Below are positions 12,767-24,278 of a stretch of DNA of 64,000 nt, piece after piece. This DNA is from Cladosporium halotolerans. Taxonomy: Eukaryota. The notes under the pieces are model-generated. The model was given only the letters and a program-made list of their open reading frames with translations. It was not told the origin of the DNA and did not search any database. The stretch's first letter is position 1; the number at the start of each line of letters is the position of its first letter. The stretch covers positions 1 through 64,000 of the forward strand of contig NW_027191503.1 in the NCBI RefSeq assembly GCF_011745625.1. The letters run 5' to 3'. A program made the position numbers and the translations under genes.

Positions 12767-13360
12767 TCACGACCAGCTCCACAACTCCAACGACGGAAAC
12801 CTCACCGGCGACGCGTGCCCCTCATCATCAACCTCCATCGGATCCCCAAAATCACAACCTCCCCTCCCACCCCTCCCCTGATCCTTCCTCGGCAACGGCC
12901 TCAATCTCGTCCTCCGCCCCATCTCCCCCATCCCATACAACTCCTTCTCGACCCGGATATAGCACTGCAACCGACTGATCTCATTGACCAACCACGCGAT
13001 CTCTTCCTTCGCCGCCCGCAGCAGCCCCACGCACTCCTCCGCGCCCATCTCGTCGACGTCCGTCGGCAGCACGGCGTCCCAGTCCTCAGGCCGCGACTTG
13101 TAGTACTCGCCTTGCCGGACTTGGATGTTGAAGTCGTCTGCTTCGACGACGAGGAGCGAGATCTGCTCGTCGAGGGTGTCGGTGATCTCGTTGATTGCGG
13201 CTTGCAGCATGACGCGGAGCACGAGGATGGAGTGCGAGGTGGGCGAGACGGTTGTGTGGGAGTCTTGGGTTTGCGAGCGGAGCCAGGCTTTGAGGTCGTT
13301 GAGCGGGGAGAGCTCAGGGTCGGTGCTGTAGAATAGGAAGTTCCAGTCTTCGGGCATCAT
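12767..13360 (-). CDS. Hypothetical protein (about 197 aa, helical/coiled-coil)
   Basis: GC3-rich coding-like ORF from ATG 13360 (MMPEDWNFLFYSTDPELSPL...). No recognised family. Confidence 0.55.
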   Translation of the reverse strand: MMPEDWNFLFYSTDPELSPLNDLKAWLRSQTQDSHTTVSPTSHSILVLRVMLQAAINEITDTLDEQISLLVVEADDFNIQVRQGEYYKSRPEDWDAVLPTDVDEMGAEECVGLLRAAKEEIAWLVNEISRLQCYIRVEKELYGMGEMGRRTRLRPLPRKDQGRGGRGGCDFGDPMEVDDEGHASPVRFPSLELWSWS

Positions 13361-13747
13361 TGGAGCGGTGTGCAGGCTTGTGATTTGAATTGTGGATCTG
13401 TTGCCTTGTTTGGGAAGGGTCTCGAATGATGATAAGAGTCGAGATTGGAGTTGCAGCTTTGCACGAACGAAGCGTTGTTGTATATCAAGTCTCGTGAAAG
13501 CACGGGAAAGCCAGCGTTGTGTCATGTGAACACAAGTACTCATTCACGTGCGAAGTAGCATTTGCTCGTGAATAGGACCGACCAGAACTGTTCGCCGCAA
13601 CCCGCTTCTAGCCGGCTGGGAAATATCAGCCTTCACTCTCAGTAAAAACCGGGATGTTGCAAAGCACATGTATTACGCTGTCATGAAATGTATGGTATAT
13701 CACGCAGATCCGCCACCCGAATCACCCTGTACATCATTAACCACCAC

Positions 13748-15566
13748 CTACTGCTGATACACGTCCAAACTAAACTGCACAGGGAACCTCTCGACACCCG
13801 GCACATCTTTCCTCACATACACCGCCGGGCTCCAGCCCAAACAATGGAAGCCAGCAGAACCAGTCTGATCGATCTGGACCTCGACCCGCTGCCTCGGGTC
13901 ACTGAGCACATCGACCCAGATTTCACCAGGCCTGCCAACCTGCATCTTCTTCGTCGACCACTTGTTATACGGCCCGACGCTGAGCACAACAGCGCAGCCA
14001 GGGCGGTCGTGCGTGCCCGCCCGCGTCCAACCGACGACACTCTGCGCGTCGAAGTAGTCCGTCTGCTGGCCGTAGGCGAACATGCGGCGTGCGAAAACCA
14101 GGTCAGGGAGGAGGCTGCGGTTGCCGGAAGTCAAGCAGGCGGGCGGTGAGGCCTGTTTGCCGCGAGTGCCGTACATGTCGCCCCAGAAGACGCAGGGCAG
14201 GCCCTCGGCGCGGAGGAGAATGAAGGCGTAGAAGAGGGATTTGAGGCGGACGTCGATGGGGGTGGCGGCAGCTTGGCCGGGCTGCGTGTCGTGGTTTGTC
14301 ACGAGGGTTACGGCGCTTTGGGGTCGCTCTTTGAGCAGGGAGCTGCGCATGATGGTTCGGAGGTCGGCGTTGGGGGAGCCCGCGACGACGTCTTTTGATA
14401 CGCGAGAGAAGTCGGAGACGAGCGGTGCATCGTATGCGTACGCACCTTGTCCGACTGTGTCCAGCCACCTGGTGATCTTTGCGACTTTGCCTGTCCATAC
14501 CTCGCCGACGATGAAAGCGTCGCGGCCCCGTTTGGCACGGCTGGCTTCATGAGCACGCGCAATCCAGTCCCGTGCGAATCCGTATGAAAAATGGGCGGCA
14601 GCGTCTAATCGAAAACCATCCAGACCATTCTCTTGGATCATCCAGTCGGCCCATCTGAACAGGTCTTCGCGGACGGCGGGGTGCTTGTGGTCGATGTCGG
14701 AGAACATGAGGTAGTCAGCGTTGCCGTGAAGATCGTCCACATCCTCAGCCCAGTCTTTGCCCGGCCGCTTCATTGCAATGGTCGATTTCGTGTCGGACTT
14801 CTTTCCACTCAAGAAACGAGAAATACGGTGCATGCCCTTCTTGAACAGGTCCGGATGCTCCTGGCCAGGTTTGGGGAAGTTCGCTGGATCGTCGATGATC
14901 TTGTAGATGGCATGCTTCTCCGCCCTTTGGTCCCAGTCGGTACCCGAGAAATGCTCAGCCCTCCACTTCATGGGTGAATATGCGCCGTTGCGGTTGTCGT
15001 GGTTGTACACGATCCAGGGTGTGATTTTCTTAGGAGCAGAAGTCTCTACTCTTCGGTCTAAAACGATTCCACCGTCAGCACCCGTCCACAATCTCTTGAT
15101 TCCCCCTTCACCCCTTGCGAACTTATCACTCACCTTCACCATCCACCTCAACAGCCCAACACTCCATCGTAGTATCGCCCGCAGTCTTATGATTCAAAAC
15201 CGCGTCCCAAATCCCCTCGACGCCATTTCCCTTCAACTGCCGGACCAGATCCCCCAGCTCCTCTTTACTTCCCCACTTGGTATTCCTTCTACATTTCTGA
15301 TCGAACTCGCCCAGGTCCCAGTAGTCGTAGTGGTCGTAGCCGTTGCCGTTGCCGGATGGCTCGTTCGCTTTACAGCCCGGCGGCAGCCAGAACATTGTCA
15401 GGCCGAGGCCGGCGAGCGAAGGCGTGAGGCGCGCGAGGCGGGCATAGTGGGAGCCGGGGGAGTGCGATTCGTTGTGCGAGGGCTTGTCGCTCTTGGTGTG
15501 CCATTCGAAGGTTTGGAAGAGGGTTTGGTTCTGCGGTGTTTGCTGCCCCTGGCCGGGGAAGTGCAT
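13748..15566 (-). CDS. Intracellular GH13 alpha-amylase of the bacterial-like liquefying type (GH13_5, Amy1/AmyG-like); intron 15058-15133
   Basis: TLFQTFEWH, WLPPGCK, GYDHYDYWDLGEFDQK, TKWG, DAVLNHK, ADYLMFSDID, DGFRLDAAAH, GEVW, VTNHDTQPGQ, GLPCVFWGD. No signal peptide. Confidence 0.9.
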
Positions 15567-16410
15567 GGTTGCGATCGATGTGTGTAACGATTGCTGATAA
15601 TTGTACAAACTACTTCCCCTGGTTATGAGACAAACTACAAGGTCACCCCAAGTCTCGTATCCGCGAAAGTATATCCTGAAGACCGTCTGACAGCCCTGGC
15701 GACGTCAGGGCAGACCCACAGCAAAATCCGCCCATCGTTGCGCCGGGCGGCGCGGAAGCGCGTACGGCGGTCAACGGCCAGTGCCTTGGCCATGCTATGC
15801 CATCCGGCTCGGCGAGGGCGATGTTGTCGGCGCGAGGACCGGGGTGGTGCCAGGTTTGCAGTCGGATGCGGTGAGCTGCTGGCAGGCTGGCAGGTCGTCG
15901 GCCGAGGCAGGAAACGCGCATGCGGGCTCGTGGCAGACGCGCTGCGAGAGAGCCAGTGGAACGGCGATCGGCCCTGATCGCCAAGCGCCTTCATGCGCAG
16001 GTACGGACAAGGCGTGAAAAGTCGTAAAACTCAATAGTCACCATTCCTGTTCGCGCACAGTTCCAAGCTGTGACGGCTAGAGTCGACATGGTAGCTCAAG
16101 GTGGAAATGGCCAGTACAAAAAAGAAGACAGAATGCATTACATCTACGCCCGTGAGCGCAGCCCGTGTACCTATGATACATAGCGTCCCAGTGTTCTATC
16201 TTCTATCCAGCAGGCATATCGCAACATTGCCGGCCAAATAGTCATGCATGAACGCTTGAAACCAAGTACCAAAACCCCCAAGTCTTTTGTCGTGCAAGGC
16301 TCCGTGCGCGAGCACGTCGGCCGCCTCGCGTTTGCTTTTTATGTTCCAGAGAATTGACTGTATCCTCTATTACATTGAATTGATAACTCCTCTCCAATTA
16401 AGTGATGCGC

Positions 16411-17585
16411 TTATTTGGCGATCTCGACACCACCGACGGCGCCAATGGCCTGGAAAGATTGTTAGTGGAAGTCAACGTGATGGACTGTGCAATGGCTTCA
16501 ATCTTACCTTCTTGATGTCACCGTAGATGGCGAACTGACCGGCGGTCAGAGTACCAACCATGAAGAGACGGGCACCGATACCGGAGAAAGAGCCACGGAG
16601 ACCGAGCTCCTTGGCGATCTTGATGAGACGGCTGGTGGTGCCCTCACCAGGAAGAGCCTGGGTCTTGTTGATCTTGGAAAGCATGGTGTCGGCGGGCTGG
16701 GAGATGATGGCGGCGGCGAAACCGGCAATGAGACCGGAACCGAGGTTGACGGCGGTGTTGGTGCCGGAAGAGGCAGTGGCCTTGTCGACGTAGTTGGCGT
16801 AGATGGCCTCAGCGACCTTCTCGTAGACGACGAACTTGGACATGGTGTAGGGGATCCTGTGGAGATGTGAGCGGTTGTCCCGATATTCTCGGTGCGTATT
16901 CCTCAACTTACTGCTTGAACAGAATGGGGCCGAAGCCACCGTAGAAAGCACCAACACCCTCCTCCTTGGCGATCTTGGAGAAACCAGAGACGAGGCCAGA
17001 GGCGAAGGTGGGCTGGGAAACGAGACGGATACGGGTGGCCTCGAGAGGGCAGAGGGCAATGTCGGCGAAGAACTCGGCGGCACCAGCAGAGGCGAGGTAG
17101 ACGGCGGTGCGGTTGTTGGCGGCAGACTCGTAGCCGAGGAGGCCAATGGACTGCTGCTTGAAGAACTCGTAACCACCGAACTTCAGGGCACCCTGGAGGA
17201 AGTAACCAGCGAAGGTGGGGCCGGCACCAGTGAGGAGAGCGCCAGCGCCCTCATTCTGGATGACCTGCTTGAAACCGCCGATGAAGCCGCGGTTGTAGGT
17301 CTGGGGGTCGAGCTGGATGCGGGTCTTGACGCTGTGAGCGCGTTAGCGGGCTGCGCTCGCGCATTGCGACGTACGGTGTACGCGGCGGGTGACGGCGGCG
17401 AGAGCTTACACATCGACGGGGGTGAGGCCACCGTGGGTGACGGAGCAGCAGACAGCGCCGGCGAAAGCGAAGCGAGAGTAGAGGGCGAGGCCAGACAGCT
17501 TCTGGGGCTCAGCGGCCTGGACGTTCTGCTTGACAGCGTCGATCTTGGCGCTGCCAGTGGAGGCGGGCGGGGCTTGGGCGGCCAT
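16411..17585 (-). CDS. MIR1: Mitochondrial phosphate carrier, 4 exons
   Basis: [77 protein letters not shown]; ends ...GGVEIAK*. Confidence 0.94.
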
Positions 17586-18162
17586 TGTAATTGATGTGAG
17601 GTGAGTGGAGATGGAGTGAGGTGATGTGGTGTGGTGGTGGGAGTAGGTAGGTGGTGCAAAGGGAGAGGACGTATAAGCTTCGATGTTTTTGAGAAGCCGA
17701 TAATTATTCGGAGGAGCGGCTAGGCGGCGCGTTGGGGCAACCCCCGTCGCCAATGAAAACGGCACGCGCTATGACGAGCTGTGGCACTCCCGCGCAGTCG
17801 CCGGTCGCCCCGGAGCAACGCCTTATCTTGACAGGCCTACCTATACTCTACCATCTGCATAAATATTTCTCTCGCACTGGGCCGTACATGTCGCCCGGAT
17901 CAGCTCATCGAAACACCTCGGAAAATAAGCGATGCCATTGTATATCGTCCTCAGGCCTCACAAACGAAGTGAGCGCAGAGGCATGCCGATTTGCATGTGA
18001 TCCAACTTGTTACGAAAGCATTGGTTTGATAGGCATCACATTAGGTCGTCGGCTTCATTGGCCATAGTGTCAGACAGGCTCACTTCTCCAAAGGTGCTTA
18101 GAAATAGCTGAGAGGAGATGAGTAGTATTCATTCCAGCCTTCACTCTTCAGGCCCCAACCGA

Positions 18163-18924
18163 TCATTTCTTCCAAGAGCCAGCCCCAATGCCACCCAACT
18201 GGGCCAATGTCTTCTCGGGACCCTTCGCATCAATCAACAAACGCATTTCAGGGTCGCCTTTCTCCATCTACCAGTCGTCAGCATATTGATCATTCTCGCA
18301 AATAGTCTGCAGCTTCTGACTTACAGCCTTTTGATACGCTGGCCTGGCTGCGACATCCTGCACCCAGCGAAGGATATTCGGAAATCTTGTGAGATCCAGC
18401 GGCGGACCCCAGTACCTCTGCGTAGTAATCGTATACATCGGCATGATATCCGCGGCCGTGAACTCGTCGCCAGCCAGCCACTTGCTCTTTTTCAAGCGGG
18501 AGTCCATCACGCCCAAAGCGCCGTTGTGCAACCTGTCATCCCTAAACGCCTGAACCTTCTTGTCGTCTGACGGAAACATCGCTCCAACCATCTGAGGCTG
18601 CAACGTCGCGTTGCTGAAGTGGAACCATTGCAGGTACTCAGCGTAGTTGCTGGCCGTCGGCTTGACGGCCAGGCGACCGCCGCCGTACCGATGGATGATG
18701 TATTCAACAATCGCACCGCTCTCGGCGAGCGTGATGCCGGCATCAGAGTCCTCGACGAAAGGCGATTTGCCCGTGGCGTTGCCGGGCACTGCTTTGAGGG
18801 AATCTGGCGAGAGCATAGGAGACCGGGTGTGATGAACGATCTTGTAGGGAATGTCAAGTTCTTCGCAGAGGAAAATGATCCTCTCCGATTGAGAAATACC
18901 GAGGTGATGTATTGTGAGGACCAT
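18163..18924 (-). CDS. Glutathione S-transferase (GTT1-like); intron about 18268-18324
   Basis: SQSERIIFLCEEL, GKSPFVED, LAESGAIVEYI, WLAGDEFTAADIM, FPNILRW; last exon MEKGDPEMRL...WKK*. Confidence 0.9.
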
Positions 18925-19980
18925 ATTTGCGGTTAGTACTGTTCAATGGCTTCAGATCTTCGAAAACAGTCTAATGCTGGAGTGCGATGCCCTGCAAAGT
19001 CAAAGATACAAGGTCGATCAGGAATTCATGCAGTTTGGCCGAGAGTCCACAAGCTGGAAGAGCAGATATATGTTAAGTGCGAGTCTCGATGCCACGGTGC
19101 GATTTGGAATCGAATAAATACCTGCTCCGCAAGTTCAGCCCCACCTTGCGGTCATAACAGTTGCATAAGGTTTTCGGGCGCCCATCTTCCGTAGCTCTTA
19201 CGATCAGCAATCAAGATGGCCAAGGTGCCTCTATTCCATTCTATGGATTGTCTCATGTACTCGATCTGGGCCTTGAAATGGCACAATGACTCACGCGAGC
19301 TGGGCCAGCTGATGGTAGGAGGCTCTTATCGTTGACCAATTGATCAGTTGTAGCGAAACAGCTGGCGTGCGCTTTCGCTTCCTTCCGAAAGCGAGTGCTT
19401 AATGCCGGACAAGAGCATCTTCCAAAAGTCATGCAAAAGCAGGTCATCGGAGATTATACTTGACAGGGTCTCCCACATAGGCAACCGCAAGAGAACGACC
19501 TTCACTACTAGCTGATGAAGGGTGGACTTTGAACCAACCAAGTTTGGCTTTGTGGAGCTGTTTCTGCTACGGTCGACTACATCTAAGACTTTCTCAGCTC
19601 ATCTTGGAATACGAATCTGGGTTAGCGTGCCTGGTAGAATCCACTCTTCATCCTGCCACGGGATATCGTCCTGTCGCTGACCGGACATTCCTCCCGTAAC
19701 ACCGCATGTCAATAATTGGTCCATCGTGTCAAAACGGACAAACAGCACGGCTGCGCTCGCAAATGCTCTGCCGTGTAGTCAGGGAGCGTGGGAGGTGGCC
19801 GGCGGACTTACACGCCATACCTAGCTCCGTTCGATGCATCCTTCAAGGAGTGCATAAGGATAGGACGTCTTCTCTCGCTTGCCCAGGTAGTCACCATCTT
19901 GTAGCATTCTTGCGTCTCCCGATCAGTTATTCCAGCTCACTAGACAGTTTCATTGTCATTACCCAAAGATCGCAAGCAAG

Positions 19981-21059
19981 ATGTCAAACAACAACCACTT
20001 GAAGAACATTGCCATCGTTGGCGTAAGAGCCTCCCTGTGTTCACTTGATTCGAACTCAGCTGACGGTACTCCTAGGCCGGTGGCAACAGTGGCAGCTTCA
20101 TGGCCCAATCCCTTATTGACACTGGTCGCTTCACTGTCACTGCAATCACGCGCCCAGAAAGCACCAGCAAGCTCCCTGCAGGCATCAAAGTCGCTAAAGC
20201 CTCGACCAACGACCATGACGCTCTTGTCTCTGCCCTTCGCGGTCAAGATGCCCTCATTATCACCCTCAGCGTCACCGCTGCCGCGGAAACGCACGGCCAG
20301 CTCGTCCGTGCTGCGGCCGACGCTGGCGTGCCGTGGGTGCTGCCAAACGATTGGGGCTTTGACACCACGATCGATGAGGTGGTCAACGACATCCCCGGCG
20401 CTTCAAAGGGACCTAAAGGCCGTCGAGATGTCCTTGACACAGGCGTCAGCAGCTACATCTCTGTCACCACTGGATTTTGGTACGAGTGGTCCCTCTCCAT
20501 CCCGTCGGCTTACGGCTTTGATTTCGCCAGCAAGACGGTCGATTTCTGTGACGATGGCGAGACGAAGATTTCCATCTCGACATGGCCTCAAGTTGGCCGA
20601 GCGGTGGCCGCGTTGATGAGCCTTCCGATCAAGCCTGAAGGCGGAAACACCGAGCGCTGCCTCGAGAACTTCAGGAACAAGATTGTCTACGTCAATTCTT
20701 TTACTGTGAGCCAGAAAGACATGCTTGACTCTGTCTTTCGTGTGACCGGCGACAAGGTCGAAGATTGGACCATCGTCAAGAAGCCCGCCAGGGAAAGACA
20801 TGCCGCTGCGGCAGTTGCGTTGCAAGGCGGCGAGCGCATGGCGTATGTGCGCGTGATGTACACGCGCATTTTCTATGACGACGGAAACGGTGACTTTGAG
20901 ACGAGGAAGGGAACCTCCAACAAGCTTCTCGAGCTTCCGGAGGAGAGCCTTGACGAGGCGACCCTTCGGGCTGTCCAAAGGGCCGAAGTGTCTCAGGCGG
21001 CATTCGCTCGGCTCGTCGAGGAAAGACTTGAGCAGGAGAAGAAAGGCGTCGCACTTTAG
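19981..21059 (+). CDS. NmrA/isoflavone-reductase-like (CipA-like) NAD(P)-binding oxidoreductase; intron 20023-20075
   Basis: Rossmann motif IAIVG|AGGNSGS, AAADAGVPWVLPNDWG, TGFWYEWSL, STWPQVGRAVAAL. Confidence 0.88.
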
Positions 21060-21503
21060 GCTAGTACACGAGTGACATGATCGGACTTAGGATGTTGCTT
21101 TCTCACCCATCAGCCTCAGCTTGATTGCTGACAAACGTCCCAAGTCTCTCGAAGGATCACTTGTTTGGCCAATAGGCGAGCTGCTCAGGTTGGACTGCAG
21201 CCACACACTACTTTGACACGGCAAGGGAACGAAAACGTGCTCAAAACTACTTTACATGCAATCCCAACCGTATAGTCTCACACGGTCTCTCCCCTAATAG
21301 ACACGGGGATGGCTGTCCCGCGGGGCTATATGCTGCTGCCTGGTACCAGCTCACTCCTAGCAACACCCAAATGTAGGTCCAAGGTAGAAGCGTACAAAAG
21401 ACCGAAAATATGTTGGAGCCCTGACCGCACTTGTGAACAAGCAATCTAACATCTGGTTCATTCGAAATTCGAACAACTCAACGCCAACGCGGTCTGACCG
21501 AAC

Positions 21504-22465
21504 ATGCGTTCGCTAACGGCATATGCAGTGTGTTGCATAGCAGCCCTTCTGATGTCTAGCGGCAAGGTTTTCGCCGCATACAACTATATATACACCGGTT
21601 ACCCTCCCAAGTACTGTGTGTATCACAAATATGAACCTCCTTCAGTTTCACCTACGCTCTGCTAATCACCCTAAGGTGTCGGCAACAACCCAGGTCCAAA
21701 CTCAAAGGCTCCCCCAAACAAATGGGGCTTTGTTCTTTTCCGTGCTTACGAGCCTCTCGATATCTTCGGTCCCTACGAAGCCCTCTATGCACTTTCTCGC
21801 GTCCACAAAATCGATATCTCCTGGCTGGCTGAAACCCTCGACCCGGTTACTACTCAGCCTCTTCTGGCCGCGATGAACCCCAAGAACAGCAGCTCATTCA
21901 TCGGCATTCCACCGACACACAGCTACGCCACCGCTCCGCGCGACATTGAAATTTTACTCGTCCCTGGCGGGCTCGGATCTCGCTCGCCATACATCAACTC
22001 AACTCTGGACTACATCACCAAGAGCTTTCCCAAGCTCAAGTACCTGATCACCGTCTGCACTGGCTCTCTGGTCGTCGCCAGGACCGGCCTTCTCTCTGGA
22101 AAGCGAGTCACCACGAACAAAGCTGCTTTCAAAGACGTAGTCGCCGTCGATCCCTCTGCGCGCTGGATCCCGCACGCCAGATGGGCAGTCGACGGCAAGA
22201 TCTGGTCCTCAAGTGGCGTCTCTGCGGGTATCGACGTGACTCTGGCGTGGATCAGCTGCCATTATGGAGACGATGTTGCGACCATGGTGACCAAGTGAGT
22301 ATGCGGGTGTTTACTTCTCAGCTGTGCCTGGTCCCGATCACAAGCCTTGCCAAGCGAGCATTCACTAACGAAGCGTGCAGTGCCATGGAATACGAACGAC
22401 ACACCGACTCCTACTGGGATCCTTTTGCTGAGATCTGGAACGTCACTGCGCCCTCGGGAGCGTGA
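21504..22465 (+). CDS. Secreted DJ-1/PfpI-family protein, isocyanide-hydratase-like (introns 21616-21675, about 22295-22380)
   Basis: Signal-peptide-like start MRSLTAYAVCCIAALLMSSGKVFA; LFRAYEPLDIFGPYEAL, LLVPGG, TVCTGS (nucleophile Cys), TTNK, RWAVDGKIWSSSGVSAGID, MEYERH..DPFA. Confidence 0.88.
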
Positions 22466-22731
22466 GCGAAGGGTGCAGGCTTGGCGTACACATGCAGCAC
22501 AATAACTTGCTCAAATGGTCGCACGACCGCCGCAATTGCGAGCTGCACATGTGATAACGAGCCGAGAATGCGACAAAGCTGAGAAGGTTTTTTGTTCTGC
22601 CACGTGCGATATTATTAGGATGTATCCACTGATATAAACTCTGTAACCACGCTTCATGCCGATATGCTACTACAAGACAACCCTTCACAAGCATCCTCAA
22701 ATTTGCACAATCACTGCAAGCATTACCAAGC

Positions 22732-23549
22732 ATGGACATGTCAAGTATGTCAAGCTCTATGACAATGGATATGACCATGGACATGGCTGGTCCAACAACC
22801 TCGAGCGTAATGCCCTCGGCAACAGGGCAGGCCATGGACCACGACATGGGAGGTATGGGAGGCATGGTCAACAACTGCAAAATCTCCGTGAGCAGATCTC
22901 TAATGGAAATCACCGGCAACATGCCTTGCTGAGGTACCCTTAACAGATGCTATGGAACTGGAACACTATCGACTCTTGTACGGACCCTCCACTGATGCCT
23001 TCATTCCGCCACCGCTGACGAAAGTGCAGGCTTCATTTCGAGCAGCTGGCATATAACAAGTAAAGGGATGTTCGCCGGTTCCTGCATCGGCGTACTCCTC
23101 CTAGTCATGATCCTCGAAGCCCTCCGCCGTGCTTCCCGCGAGTACGACGCCTACATCGTCCGTTCACACCAACAGAGCATTGGCTCGCCGCAAGTCTTCC
23201 CGGCAAACCTCGAAGGAAGCCCTGGCAATGCGAACAAAACCCCTTCGACCCAATCAACCACGCCTCTCCTTCAACCGACGACGTTCACTCCGACGCTCTC
23301 ACAACAGCTCATCAGATCTCTTCTCCACATGGCGCAGTTCGCGGTCGCCTACTTCGTCATGTTGCTGGCTATGTACTACAATGGGTACATGATCATCTGC
23401 ATCTTCATCGGGGCATTCGTTGGTGCTTTCGTCTTTAGCTGGCATAGCATGGCGTTGCCGTGAGTTCTCCGAATCTTCGTGAGAACTGTGTGTGTCTGCT
23501 AATATGAGGCAGGGGAGATCAGCGCTCGGTGACATACTGTTGTGGTTGA
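22732..23549 (+). CDS. High-affinity Ctr copper transporter, 4 exons
   Basis: Met-rich ectodomain (MDMSSMSSSMTMDMTMDM...MDHDMGGMGGM), CKIS|MLWNWNTIDSC|F..SWH, MLLAM (MxxxM), GAFVG, spliced C-terminus ...VTYCCG*. Confidence 0.92.
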
Positions 23550-24278
23550 TGGTCGGAGGTGTGACTATAATGTGGGGCTCCGGCCGAATGTTACAATGAT
23601 CTGGGAGCTGCAGCACGCCGATCGTGAAGACTTTGGCAACCTTTTAGGCTTACGAGTGGCTGGCATTATCTAAAGATTCCGTCTCCGAGCTTGAGTGTAT
23701 CGGAGACGATAGGAATCGAGAGTGGTTTTCAAAGGCTTCTTAGAAAATTTCTCTTTTGAATTATGATACGATGACTCGTACAAAGTAGCGTAAGATGCCT
23801 ACGAACTTTTGTGTAAGCAATGGTATGATCATCGTCATCCGCCCAAAGTGTGCAGCAAACCTGGCCATGAATCACCGTGCAGAGCAACGACACAGTAAGC
23901 AATTTGGTATAAAGACTGAGAATCCCTCGCAAGAAATTCACAGATAGGAAGGAACTCATGCTCAAATGTTGTTCTGGAAAAGTGAAGCAACCGTAAGGTA
24001 GCAACTCGTGCTGCTCGTTCGGCGGAATGGCTTATCTCCGAAAGCCGGACTCTTCCGATCCGATCACCGCCGTAGGGCTGAGGCTGGGAGTTTCTCATCC
24101 ACTCACGCGTTGTTGGCGACACTTTCGAGCGGAAGACATAGAACCTTCATACTCGGCACATACGTGAGAAGAGTAAGGCTTACGTTGCATTGGGCGTAGT
24201 CTTACCTTCACTTTATGCTCATTCTGATTTTCCGTGCCGGAAATCCCCCAGCCGGGACACCGACTAACCCCGAGCATC

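Noticed and set aside
16487..17594. Long plus-strand ORFs antisense to MIR1 (similarly over DRS1, FRE, FMP40 and the amylase)
   Set aside because: Shadow ORFs caused by strong GC3 codon bias of the real genes.
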